Source: Octopus vulgaris (taxonomy: Eukaryota). From it: a stretch of DNA of 64,000 nt. The notes beneath the pieces are model-generated. The model was not told where the DNA came from. It was given only the letters and a program-made list of their open reading frames with translations, and did no database searches. Positions 13,398 through 26,790 of the stretch are shown here, piece after piece. The stretch spans positions 5,952,001-6,016,000 of the forward strand of contig OX597832.1 in the NCBI GenBank assembly GCA_951406725.2, given 5' to 3'. Position 1 is the stretch's first letter; each line of letters starts with the position of its first letter. The translations under genes and the position numbers were made by a program.

Positions 13398-16020
13398 TTT
13401 CTCTCAATTTACGACTGTTTAATTCTTGTGAGCAGACATCAACGGTGATTGAAAATATTTTGATATTCCAAAGTGTAGTATCCCAATATTTTTGCGGAAG
13501 ATTTGCTCCTGGTTGCGATATAGTTTGTTCTTCAACATAAACTTAGAATTTCGAAAGAATATTGATAACTTTATCACCATTCATAAAGTTCTCTAATAAT
13601 AAAATTTGAATTTTCAGTAATGAAAATCAATGAAAATAGTTTATGCTTTACAGAGATCATTGATGAGCAATTCTTTTTTTTTTTTAATAACACCCTGTCT
13701 TTACCAAATTGTACATGAATAACGGTGGGAGAAGAAGCTAAGTACTACGTATGATATTGACTCCTCAACAATCATAGAAAAGTCTGGTTTTGGCTCATCT
13801 AAATATTCTTATGAAACTGAATACAACTTCTAGGTAATGCGCCACTGTCAAAATATAGCCGTTATTTCCACTTTTGGAATCATATTTGATATTAGCTTAT
13901 ACATAAAGTATCTGAAGCATAAATATTAACATATATTCCTGTTTCACTAACTTCATTCATTACAGCGCCGCCGTATTGGAGCTCCACCTTTTCGAGGATG
14001 ATATCTACTCTAGTACTTCTTTCAGTCTGATATTTATTGTATCATTCCCTCTTTATCGAAAGACTAAGTTACCTTATGGAGCAAGGAGACAAAACTCGGC
14101 TGTAAATCTATGACTACATTACGCATGACCTGAGAGAAGTTTCAATAGTTCCCAATTTTTTTGGGTATTGACGAGGTCGATGAGATTAGTCAGAGAACTA
14201 TTTGGTAAACAAATATTAAATTACTAGTGATGTGTGTTATTGTTAAAATCATCACATTTGTAACTTGGGTTCGACTGGCACTCCTAGAGAGATTTCTCTT
14301 GTCCGCTTCATTAGTGTAAATGTATTTAGTTTTGATAAGAAAAGAAGTAAAAAGGAAAGCAAGGTAAATATGTCACATTTTGTTTTTGTATTAAGACACT
14401 TTGAAGTGTTACTATCATTTCTAAAGTTTGTTTCATGTCTTATCTTCCCAGACACACAACTTACTCATATGACTTGGGCAAATATGCAAAGTAAGGTATA
14501 TGTTATAGTTTTTCAAAAGATTTCATTATGAAAATGTGTTTAAAGTGAGTTATCTTTAAATAAATTGATTTTCGTCCATGTCTCGGTAAATTAATTTATT
14601 AGAGATAGGTAAATATTTATTTATAAGTAAGTCAGAAAGTAAGGAGGATGAGAAAAGAAGTTGGAGGTGGAGACAAGAAGTAAGGAGTTGGAGAAGTGGG
14701 GAAGAGAAAGTGAAAGAATAATGGCAACAGTGCCCACAAGCTTTTAGAGCATTCCCAACTACTTATATATGGATATTTATGACATTAATGCGGTTAATGT
14801 TCAGTTTCAAATCTTACAACTTAACTGCAACAGGAGGAAATAGTTTTAAAAGAATGCAGTTCTGTAGAACACGATTTACTAAAGTTTTAGTACAGGATTT
14901 CGTATTAAAGAGGAGAAGTGGATGCAAAGACTAGTCTATTGTAGAGAGAGAGGAGGGAGAGAGAGAGAAAGGATGTTTTAAGGTCGTAGAAATAAGGTTG
15001 GCTATGAGAGTTGTAAGAGAACGAGAAAGGTGAAAACATGCTACTTAACTGTGGCAAACTACATCAAGAATGTTTGTTGGTTAAGGTTTTCTTATAAGGC
15101 AGAGGACTATTTTTGCATGTAGATAATGTGAAAGTACTGTAACAGATATATAAGCAGTACTATAACATTTTCAAATCCTTCTTGTGCCGTACATTTATAA
15201 TCAAGCAGTTTTCAAAATGAAAACAGGGCAAAATTGTATACTTCAGTCTTGGTTATATATGTATGATCCCTATGAAAGCTTATTAGAGATTCGAAAACTA
15301 AACATATTTACTGTAATAATTTGTCTTGAGAACATTCTCTTTTGAAATATGATCCTCAAGCTTATAAATATTACAAGTAGGCAGGTTTCCTGAACATCTT
15401 CTTGGGAATTATGTTATAAACATATTGGATCGCAACAGCTATATACATTTTCCTATGTGCTTTTATGAAAAAAAATGCATGTTTATTAAAGTTATAATTA
15501 TATGTTATCATTAGTAACTATGTTAGTATATATGTTATAATTAGTAACTCAGTCTCCAGTCACAAAAAAACCCAGATATGTTATAACACCTTTCACACGT
15601 ATATACGTGTATTATCACACGTATATTAATTTTTATGAGTATATATGTCTCTATTTAAGGGTGAAGAAATTCTATAAACAGATTTGGCTGTGTAGTTAAG
15701 ACATATATTTTGCAACTACTTGGTTCCGAAGTTAGTCATACTACATGCCAGCCTTTTACTGTAGCCTGTGGTTGACGAATATCTTGTGAGTGAAATTTGG
15801 TAGACGACTACTGTGCGTAGGCTCTTCGAGGGTACAATCGCGTGCACGCATACAAGCAAACACACACATATATACGTATATACATACATACATACATACA
15901 TACATACATACATACATACATACATACATAGAGACAGACAGACAGATAGATAGATATAACTTTAAATATGTTTGTTTGTGTGTGTGTGTACATACACACA
16001 AAGAAAGAAAGAAAGAAGGA

Positions 16021-16087
<67 letters not shown>

Positions 16088-16199
16088 TGTATTATAGCTT
16101 ACATGAAGCTCTGTCTGATATAGATAATTGTTTTTTATAAGAAATAAGATAAGCCAAATGTGTGTACTTTTATCTAAATATTGCGATATTTCGAGATTA

Positions 16200-16920
16200 C
16201 GACTCCGATAATACCGGTTCCTTACCTCTACATGATGTGCAACTCAAAATCACTGAGTAGGAATCCTTCTCCCCTAGCATTTACAGAAAAGCAGCATGTA
16301 CAACGATACATGTGCATTACAATTCATCGCTACCCATCAGAGTTAAGAGGGCCAACATAAGAAGTGAGAGCCACGAGATACGCAATAAATTCAGTGAGGC
16401 AGGAGACAAAAAAACAGCGTCATACAATTCCGAAAAGTCCTTATAGAGAATGGTCATTCGTACCCTTACATCAAACACCAGGATATCAACAGACCTAACA
16501 AAAAGCACATTCAGGGATAACATCTGTTGGGAATGATCAAATATTCGACTTGCACACTCTGGAACGTCTATGAGGAGGTTCCTTACAAAAACTGGACCAA
16601 TACAAAACAACCCATACCCACATTGCCCAAGTGCCCAATAAACGATAAAAACATATGTCTGCGGTTTTGCATGGTGTTCAAAGTAACGTATAGTGAATGC
16701 AATGAAGTACCATCAGATCCTCACGCATACTAATTAAAAAAAAAACATCTCTATGATAATGCTTCTTTCGTGAAAATAACCGAAAATGCCACACCCAAAG
16801 CATTCGGGTTTCTGTTGACACCACAGTATGAAACATTGGAAAACTGAGGACAAAAGAAACCATCATCATTAACAAAACAAAACCACGTATTAACAACACA
16901 ACGGAACAGCACGCAGTCAA
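16200..16920 (+). mobile_element. Penelope-like element remnant
   Basis: LPLHDVQLKI...SIYRKAACTTIHVHYNSSLP resembles LPFLDV..SVYRKPT.T..Y.H..S..P. It is followed by ENGHS (NGYP-like) and a GIY-YIG C-terminal-like TKETIIINKTKPRINN. Confidence 0.7.
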
Positions 16921-17075
16921 TTGGCTTTTGTAGCAATGATATTCTGCTTATACAAGACAATCCTAAACACACACACACAAGTAGAAAACCTAGCTTGCAA
17001 CACTAAATCCCCCCCCCCCCACCCCGAAGGGTTCCTAACCCCGAAAAATCGAAATACAAAAGTACGAAGAAGCAG

Positions 17076-17431
17076 TTGCCCGGTTGTTATACGAGGATGC
17101 TTAGAATGGCACTCAATGTTTCCTGGAAGAGTCATACAACAAACGCCGACTTATATCAGAGACTACCAAAAGTAACATTGAAGATACAGCCTAGAAGGAT
17201 GGGGCTAGCTGGACACTGCATCAGACATACCGATGAAATTGCTAACAAGCTAGTGATCTGGCAACCAACGGAAGGAAGAGCCAGGAGAGGAACGAGGAAG
17301 ACGACCTATATCGACAACTTAATCGAGGATACTGGTATGGAAGGTGTACAGGAGCTGAGGACCATTATGGAAGATCGAGGTGAATGGGGAAAATATGTGG
17401 AAACAGTGTTGGGGCGTTCTGAGGGACGATC

Positions 17432-17492
<61 letters not shown>
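17076..17492 (+). mobile_element. RTE-clade LINE 3' end with (AGAT)n tail
   Basis: The open frame GCYTRMLRMALNVSWKSH.TN..LY..LP...RRMGLAGHC.RH...W.P...R.RG....Y.D....D...MEDR..W stops directly before an (AGAT)n tail. Confidence 0.9.
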
Positions 17493-17494
<2 letters not shown>

Positions 17495-18209
17495 GTACGA
17501 TCCTTTCCCTTATCCGCTAAAGTGACCACTGAAATCCCAGTAAAATTAATTAATGTAGATTAATATGATCCGCATGCTTCGCTATTGTAGAAGGGGCTAT
17601 AAGGGACTCTACCTATTCAATTACTCTGCTCTATGTTTATATTCTATATTTAAATTAAATATTCTGGAGAGATGCCAAATGTTCTCGGTCTGTTGACGGC
17701 CAAATCTTGTCGGTCAGACGAGTAATATTGGCATTGATGTAGCGACATTTGAAATTTTGTCTACGTGAATCTAGTCAACGAGAACTAATCAAATTTACGT
17801 TAACAAATGTAATTTGGAAAGTTCGAAATCTAGGTCCGAGATTATCCACATCTAGATTGTACATTTATTTAATTTTCTTACAGGTAAGATGAAATGTTTT
17901 TATGTTCGCCGCCCGCAAACATTTATATATATAGTATTTTATAATGATCTTAAAGAAAAGCAGTTTAAATAACTAATTCTTTCGTGTATGTCATATGAAC
18001 CTGTTTAGGTTTAATAAATTAAAAACAATTTTCAAAATCACCTCCTCACATTCTCACAAAAACCTAATTCCCACTCTAATCAAAGCCACACACTCAAAAA
18101 TGATTTTAACACAACAGAAACTATAAAGGCAAGATTAACTCTAATGCATCGCAGTCCGACAATGGCTTAGCTGGTCAAAACTTCGAAGTCACTGTCAACA
18201 ACATTCTTC

Positions 18210-18988
18210 TATGGGGTACCCAAAAGAAACGGGAATTTTGCAATATTATTTTATTCACTTAGTTTTATATGTTTATACTTTTACTGCCTTCAAAATATTC
18301 TCCATTTGAAGCAATGCATCGGTCCAGGCGTGTTTTCCACTGTTCGAAGCAGTCCTGGGACTCTTGGGAAGTGGTACATTACAGCGCCTTCGTCGTTTTC
18401 TTCTTCACCTCTTCCACACCTGCAAACTTTTACCTTTAACGACTTTTTCATTTGGAGGAACAAAAATAATGTCGCAATGAGCAAGGTCGGGTGAATAGGG
18501 AGACTGGATAAGCATGCGTCATGCCATTTTTAGTTAAAAACTGTCTCACACTCAAAGCGGTGTGCACAGGCGCAATGTTGTGATGAAACCACAGTTTGAC
18601 CAAGAGGAACAAATTCTGTGTGGACAATTCCTTTCGCAAGGATGAAACAAATCAGCGTGAACACTACTCGTAAACTTGTGTTTTGCTCATGGCAGCATCC
18701 ATGTAAGGTGGTTTGGCCGATGTTTTCGGCCGCTGTTTTCCCCAAGAGAACACAGAATTTCACGAAAGGACGCTGTTCCTTCGTTTCAGCTATCGCAAAA
18801 TTCGACGAACAGAGAAGAAGCACTGCAAAACAAAGACGCACAGCGTGACAGTAATACCACAGACGAAGACGCCGGTCGGTAGCCTGATGCCTGGGGGTCG
18901 CATCAAGTGGCTTCTAGCGGCAGAAGTCTGAACTACAACGAGCTTGTCCGATAGAGAACGTTTGTGGTAACTTTCGTGTAACTCCATG
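18210..18988 (-). mobile_element. mariner remnant with internal deletions
   Basis: EQRPFVKFCVLLGKTAAE, KGIVHTEFVPLGQTV, HHNIAPVHTAL.V.QFLTK and a degraded YSPDLAPCD followed by LFLQMKKSLK. Confidence 0.85.
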
Positions 18989-19114
18989 TATGTATGTATG
19001 TATGTATGTATGTATGTATGTATGTATGCATGCATGCATGTATGCAGGTATGGATTGATGGATAGATGGATGTATAGATGAATGTATGTATTTATGCATT
19101 TTTGCATGTATATA

Positions 19115-19328
19115 TTCTTTTATTCGTTCACTTTTTCAGTCATTTGACTGCGACCATGCTTGAAGGGCTTTAGTTGAACAAATCAACTCCGGACTTATTT
19201 CTTAAGCCTAGTACTTAAGAAGTTACGCTAAGTTACGGGGACGTAAACATACCAGCACCGGTTGTCAAGCGGTGATGGGGGGGGACAAACCTATACAGAC
19301 ACACAGACAGACATACAAACACACGCAC

Positions 19329-19372
<44 letters not shown>

Positions 19373-19497
19373 GTATACGACGGGCTTCTTTCAGTTTCCG
19401 TCTACCAAATCCACTCACAATGCTTTGGTCGGCCCGAGGCTATAGTCGAAGACACTAGCCCAAGGTGTCACAGAGTGGGACTGTACGTGAACCATGT
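19115..19497 (-). mobile_element. SINE family A copy
   Basis: Reverse complement homologue of 490-940, including the internal microsatellite. Confidence 0.85.
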
Positions 19498-19591
19498 CGA
19501 TATGAGAGAAAGCTGGAAAACCTATGCTATACATATGAGCTAAGTTCTTCGTGCTATTAGTTCTGCACCGAGTTACAGACACTCTATTCTT

Positions 19592-19644
<53 letters not shown>

Positions 19645-19937
19645 GCTCGCTCGCTCCACTGGAAATTCAGTGACTTAGTTATTAGGTCGGTAGAAACCTG
19701 TAGCCAACGACGCTATATTTCACCTACAACGATATAAAGGAAATGAATGAAACATAGATCTATAGTCTTTAGATGTCTCAATAAATGGTGGATGTCAATG
19801 TGATGTGCAGCTCTGTCTTCTAATAAAACACAACAGACTGGACATCGTTCAGTTATATCCAATTACGTTAACTACCACATTTATTGTGATTGAATGTAAC
19901 GCTGAAATATTAATAATATTCCTGAACAGTTAAAATA

Positions 19938-21143
19938 TTGATTTCAAATTTTGGCACAAGGCCAGCAATTTCGTGGGGAAGGGGTAAGTCGATTGCTTCG
20001 ATCCCAGTGCTTAACTGGTACTTATTTTATCGACCTCGAATGGATGAAAGGTTAAGTCGACTGCGGTGGAATTTGAAATCAGAACGCAATGACGGACGAA
20101 ATGTCGCTACTTTGCCCGGCGTCCTAACGATTCCGCCAGCTCACTGCCTGTTGAATAGTTAAAATATTGATGAATATTGCTGCTTTTCTGGCGTTGTGGG
20201 TAAAGGTTTTTGTAGCCAGTGACATACATACAGGCGGTGGTTTCAATCTCTGCTCGGAATTACAAAGGGCTCTTATTAGATATTCTCATCTATAGGAGCA
20301 GGCATGTCTGTGTTGTTAAGAAGCTCGCTTTAATCAATTCATTTCGAGTTAAATCCCATTGCTACAGTTCCTTGGGCAGGTGTCTTCTGCTATAACTCTG
20401 GGCCAATGATGCATTGTGAGTTAATTCGGTAGACAGAAAGCGTGTGGAAGCCCACCATATAAATAAATATGGCCTACTGGTTAAGGTTTTGCACTCACGA
20501 TCGCGAGGTCGTGGTTTCAATTCCCAGACCGAGTGGTGCGTTATGTTCTTGAGGAAAACACTTCATCTCACGTTGTTCGGCAATCACTTCAACACTGATG
20601 TCTGGTACACTGTGCACCTGTTCAGGTGCACGGTGTACCACATCGATTTGATTAAGAGAGTACGTCACATACATTTGATCACTATAAACAAATAATTTGT
20701 GCAGGTCGTTCGGCAAAACGCTGGACGCTCATACGTCGTCTTCGATGGCAGAGTCCAGCAAGTATATATATATATGTTTCAGTCATTTAACTGAGGACAT
20801 GCTGGAGCATCGCCTTAAAAGGTTTTAGTCGAAGAAATCAATCCCAGGGTTTATTCTTTGTAAGTCTAGTACTTATTCTATCGGTCTCTTTTGACGAACC
20901 GCCATGTTACGAGTACAGAAACACACCAGCACCTATTGTCGAGAAGTGATGTGGGGAAACACAGACACAAAGACACACACACATATATACGATGGACTTC
21001 TTTCAGTTTCCATCTACCAGATCAACTTACAAGGTTTTGGTCGGTCTGAGACTATAGTAGAAGACACTTGCCCAAGGTGCCACACTGAACCCGGAAACAT
21101 GTGGTTGGGAAGTAAGCTTCTTACTACACAGCTACACCTACGC
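19938..21143. mobile_element. SINE cluster: B(-) 19938-20150, A(+) 20295-20455, C(+) 20465-20760, A(-) 20775-21143
   Basis: Homology to the other family A, B and C copies in this window. Confidence 0.8.
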
Positions 21144-22194
21144 CTATATATATATATATATATATATATATGCATCGAAATCACGCGTAAACGGCTCCTC
21201 TCCCCAGAAAAGGGAAGATTTTGCTGCTATTTCTTGCACGCCCTGCTTCCACGTAACAGGTATTTCGGGTCCTTTATCGCAAATAGCTGTTACGTGGTAG
21301 CAGGGCGTGCTAGAAATAGCAACCAAACCTTTGGAAGTTAGATACGTTGAATGCATTCGAAAGAAACCTATGGAAATAAACTCTCGCATCGAGGTTACGA
21401 ACGGGTCTTTTATGAAATATTTACCGTATTTTTAAAGTCATTTTCACTTAAGAATATTTTGCCTATCATAATGTGTATAATGGAAAGGTTAGAGTTTCTT
21501 CCCTTTCAGGGTTAAGTGATTTTCTGAGTGTTTTCTCATTATGCACCGTTTTGGGTATTTATACCCCCAAAACCCCAAATATCTCAATAACCACTGGTCC
21601 GATTTATGCGAAACTTGTTTTATTCCGTTTGTATTCACATTTCAAGGGCACTTTACTTTCAAAGTATTTTCCTATTATACGCCAGTTTGGCTGTGTAACA
21701 TTGCAAGCAAGCAAGCAAGATTGGAATTCATTTTTAATGTAATCTATATGTGTGTATGTGTGTGTGTGAGTGTATTTGTGTCTTTGTGTTTGTCTCACCC
21801 ACTTGAGAACCAGCGTTGGTTTGTTTACGTCTCCTTAACGTAGCGGTTTGGTAAAAGAACGATGAAATCGGTACCAGACTTAAAAATAGGCACTGGTGCC
21901 GATTCATTCGACGAAGCCCTTCAAGGCAGTGTCTCAGCGATCCTGCAGTCCAAGTAAACTATAAAAAGATAAAGATTTAAAATATCTGCACTCAGTTTTA
22001 GCGGATATGGAAATCTAATCCAATTCCTCGGTTACTCTGAGAGAGGTAATTTTAGATATTTTCAATCATAAACTTATGTAGTCAGTCTTCACAACCACCA
22101 CTACTACTACACCCACACAACATCATCATCACCACCACCACCATGACCGGTAAACAACCAAATAAAATATATCTTTATATGTTTCATGAGAAAG

Positions 22195-22410
22195 AAGGCA
22201 GTGTCCTGGCAGAATCGTTACCGCGCCGGACAAAATGCTTAGTGGTATTTCGTATGTCTTTACATTCTGAGTTCAAATTCCGCCGAGGTCAAATTTGCCA
22301 TTCATCCTTTCGTTGTCGATAAAATAAAGGCCAGTTGACCATTAAGATCAATGTAATCGACTTAGCCGACTCTCCGAAATTGCTGGCCTAGTGCCAAAAT
22401 TTGAAACCGA
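22195..22410 (+). mobile_element. SINE family B copy
   Basis: Complete head, core and ggcctagtgccaaaatttgaaac tail. Confidence 0.85.
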
Positions 22411-22779
22411 TACGTTTCATGAGAAAATATGAATTGCATGCCTTACATAAAAAGGAGCTTAAATGAGAATATTTAGCAGTAAAACAAAAATTCTGAAAAT
22501 AAAAAAAAATTATGTTTCAAAAACCTGATGGAATAACGTCTTTTTGTTTACTCAGTTTTCATCAGTCCATTAATAAAGAACCTTCCTCTAACCTTTCCTT
22601 ATGTTATTGTAAAGTTTTCTTAAATTCCTTAGCTCTTCGTGTTAAAAATGCTTAAATATAACTTTAGAATGTTACTGATATATGCATTCTAATCTCGTCT
22701 CACCCTACGCATAGCTTCTAATGTTTGACAGGTTTATTTCATTCGCTTCACTTGAATTCAGAATCTATTTGAGGCCTCG

Positions 22780-23190
22780 TATCAGTGCCAAGCTTGAAGT
22801 CATTACTTTGGGAAATGTCTCTTCTTCGTTTAATGGATTTACCTTATTCAATCGCCAAGCTAAGCTTTTAACCGATGTCGAGTTTATTCGATCCAACCCG
22901 ATAACACACAATATGCTCTCCGTCCTCTGTTTGAAGATTCTTGTATAGAAGGGGTTTACCTCAGATCTCTGCTTTAACTGAAGTCAGTGTCCTGGATGTA
23001 ACTTCTAACACAGCATTGACTTTACCATATATTATTTCTAAACTTGAGATCAACACAGTTTGTAAGAACTCTTGTAAATTACAGAATTGTTTCATTCTGC
23101 TACCAGATACCGGATTACGTAGATAGAGATTCACGATGACATGCAAAAATCCTTTTGCTGACATACGCGATGACGTCACTTCCACATTTA
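22780..23190 (+). pseudogene. Possible decayed cadherin extracellular repeat(s)
   Basis: RRGLPQISALTEVSVLDVTSNTALTLPYIISKLE...LPDTGLRR*RF...FADI aligns by eye to the cadherin consensus DGG.P.LS....V.V.DVNDN.P.F...Y...E...D.D.G. Upstream ITLGN...FTL and TQYAL lie in shifted frames. Stops and frameshifts are present. Confidence 0.35.
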
Positions 23191-23282
23191 TTGCTAATAC
23201 TACAATTAACATTACAACTAATACTACTAGCACAGTTATTACTAATAACACTACTAATATAGTTTATAAGAAATTGTATAGA

Positions 23283-23318
<36 letters not shown>

Positions 23319-26092
23319 CATCAACTAGCAGTAGTAGTATTGTCTTTTGCTCATACGATGTCACTATTTCTTTAAATAAAAATGATGACCTAAACTATGT
23401 TAATACTCCTACTGTTGCTGCAAATGTTAATGATGTTGATAATGATGATGATGATAGTGGTGGTGGCTGCTGCTGCTGCTGCTGCTGCTACTAGTGTTTG
23501 TGATAATGACGACGATGATTGATGGAGAATGGTGAAGTGTAATAGGAGACGGTGTAATAGCACATGAAATATGGCACGCGTAAAAACAAAAAAAAAACCA
23601 CAAGCAAAAAGAACCCTGATCCTCCTGCTACATGAATTTGTCCTCGCACGTGTTGATATATTGTTGCACATTGTATTATAGTGGTATTTGATAACTGTTG
23701 GCAACAGAACAAAAACAGCACGTCGCAGCTAATTACCAGGCGAAGGTGGAATACTGACAATGAAGTCAGCGGGAATACCAACAGTGAAATAAGAAGGTAC
23801 GTGCATTCAGTTACCGACAAAATATACATGAATGTCTTACAATAATATAAAGCTTTTGATTTATCGGCCAATAAATGAAATTCTGTAATAGACCTTTTCA
23901 AACTGCATTAATTAAGCTATCTAAAGGAAGAGAATAAGCTTCGATCAGAAATTGAAACCGTGTTGTGGATTCCACACCTCGGGAATTTAGCTCCAGCTCT
24001 ACTGCCTTCATCAAAATATATCATATATAATGTATTTGACTTGACGTAGATGAAGTAACAAGCTTCTGTTTTCAGTTGAGAATCAACTCTCGATTCATCG
24101 AGCACCTACTTTTTGTTTAATAGAAGTTGCTGTATATTTTATAGGATTCCCATTTTGGGAAATTAGCGCCAGCTCAGAAGCCTTCATTAAAATGAATTAT
24201 ATATGATGTAGTCTGCCTTGATGTTGATAAAGTAATAAAGCTTCCGGTTAAGAATCAGACACGCTATACAAACTAATCTTGTTCGTATATTGTGTCTGAT
24301 TCTTAACCTTATTTTACTGGATTCGCCAGAAAATAAAATACAATATTGATTTCGAATCAGCACAAAATTTCTGAAAGAGAAGGGTGAATACAATTGAGTC
24401 AACTCCGGTATATAACATTCTATTGACTTGGTTTGCAGGAAGTGACTATGCTCAGGTTTTGCAAGGTGAATCAAGACTATTTCAAAACCTCGGGCTGCGG
24501 AGGTCCTCTCAAAGTTCAAGAACTCTGTGAAATATTTTTATAGCGAGGGCCTCGTCAGATATTCACAAGCCCCGCTCACCTTCTCCAACCTCGTTTCTTT
24601 GGGCCCCAGACTGATGAACTAGCTGTGGCGATGATCATTTCAGATTTTCCAAGGTCTGTAAGACCAACCAACTGCTGGAAAACCATAAAGAAAAAATGTC
24701 TGCAGAGGTTAAAATCTAGAGAAAGTGGGTTCTGTTAGAGTGAACGTCTAGGTGCATACTTTGTGCTGGAACTGAGGACTAGCCACAGTTATGGGTATAT
24801 ACATCCATACATGTATATATGAATGTATGTATTTATGTATGTACACACATGTGTGCGTGAATATATATAATATATATACATATATGTGTGTATGTATGTG
24901 TATGTATGTGTATATATAAGGGTCGCTACTTTTTGTTTACTTATCTTATTTTCCATTTTTTCTCTCGTTGTTTATGTATTTAACTCGCTTGCTTACGTAT
25001 TTCACGTTGTTTTCACAGTTGGTGACGTCCTGTACCCATATATGCATGCTTACATATATATGCGTGGGTATGTATACACACACACACACACACACATGTA
25101 TGTATGTATATATGTATGTATGTATGTATGCATGTATGTATGTATATATGCATGCATACATGCATGTATGTATGTATGTATGTATGTATGTATGTATGTA
25201 TGTATGTATGTATGTATGTATGTATGAATATATGCACGAGTGAGTGAGTGAACAAATGAAAGAGTCACTCAACACGGTATGACTTATATATATAACTATT
25301 TAAAACAGTTTGTTTCGGTTCTATGGAACTTCAAGTTTCGTAGGTTCGTCATAGGAACCTAGCTCGTCGGGCAACGAGAAAATAGGAAAACTGAAGTCCA
25401 GGGCGATATGATACACTAGTTTGATGTAATATTTCTATTGATTGGGCATAAGTCATTAACTTCAATTTGGAATTGTAACAGCATTATAGTTTCGACTTGT
25501 CCAAAGCTTATTTCTAATCGAACTGTTGAGCAAGTTGACAGAAACGGTTTGAGATCAAATGGTTTCTCTCATTCATGCTGGTAAATATAATTTATGTAAA
25601 AGCAAGAGGCTTAATCTGTCAATCGGTTTAACATAATCTTGCTTTCGGTGTCTGTAATGTAGTTTATTCTCTTGTCAGCGTTCAGACCAGGTCCCTAATC
25701 TGAGGATAATATCCGTCCTTTTCCCTCGCAGTTTCGGTGACCCCGGAAGTAATCTTGGATCATTCTGTCATTTCTCTCCTGACTAAATCATAATATTTGG
25801 GTGGGCGTCCGATTCAGTGGCTTTCCACTTCCCTAACAACCTTGGCTAATTACCTCGTTAATCGCCATCAGTACAAATTGCTTCATAATTGTCTGTTTTG
25901 TCGCAGTTCTGGAGAGATCTTAATGGCCGTGTAGATAGGTTGTTTGGCTCTGGTACCAGTGTACCAGTAATACACTGGTATCTTGCCACAAGTACTTTGA
26001 AAGTAACAGCTCAGCGGTCGTCGAAACCCTTTATGGATGTGAAATAGTTTTGGCTTGATTTTTGCATGCATACTTGCATATATAAACACATT

Positions 26093-26160
<68 letters not shown>

Positions 26161-26790
26161 AAAGAGAGAGAGAGAGAGAGAGAGAGATCATTATAGAAAT
26201 AAATATTATATATTCTTGCAAAGCTTTTACAAACAGCTCAATAAATATGAATGGATACAATTTTAGAACGACTATAAAATAATATGACGAAGGCCTAAAC
26301 AAAAAGACATTTGAAAATAAAGATAAGTTATACATGATCAATGTATGTGTATGTTTTAATTATATTTTTTTAAAAGCCAAAACAAGACAATTTATAAAAA
26401 TGAAACAGGCTAATAGTACCAAGTATTTCAATATTTCAGGGATAGGACACTCCTCGTGAAATCTTTGAAGATAAGGTTATTTGCTGAGTACTCTGACCTG
26501 TAATGTGTGTGTATTTGATATGCGTCACTATAGTTACAGTCGGCTGCGTGCAACTCTGATTTGTTATAATATATAATGTGTATTTCTTAATTGAAAGATC
26601 TTTTATTCCTAAGTTTCAATGGAAACCTGCATGTGTCGGGTACATTTCTACAGATGCCTTTTGACGCAAGAAGCATTAACACAGAGATCTTCTTTAAACT
26701 CTAAATGTAATTGTCCGATGTTTCTTCCGATAGAAAATTCGTTGCATTAGCTATATATTAAATAATGAAATATATTATGATTTTATTATA

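Noticed and set aside
23171-23183. TGACGTCA CRE palindrome overlapping an ETS core (GGAAGTGACGTCA on -)
   Set aside because: It is an isolated short motif with no other promoter evidence.
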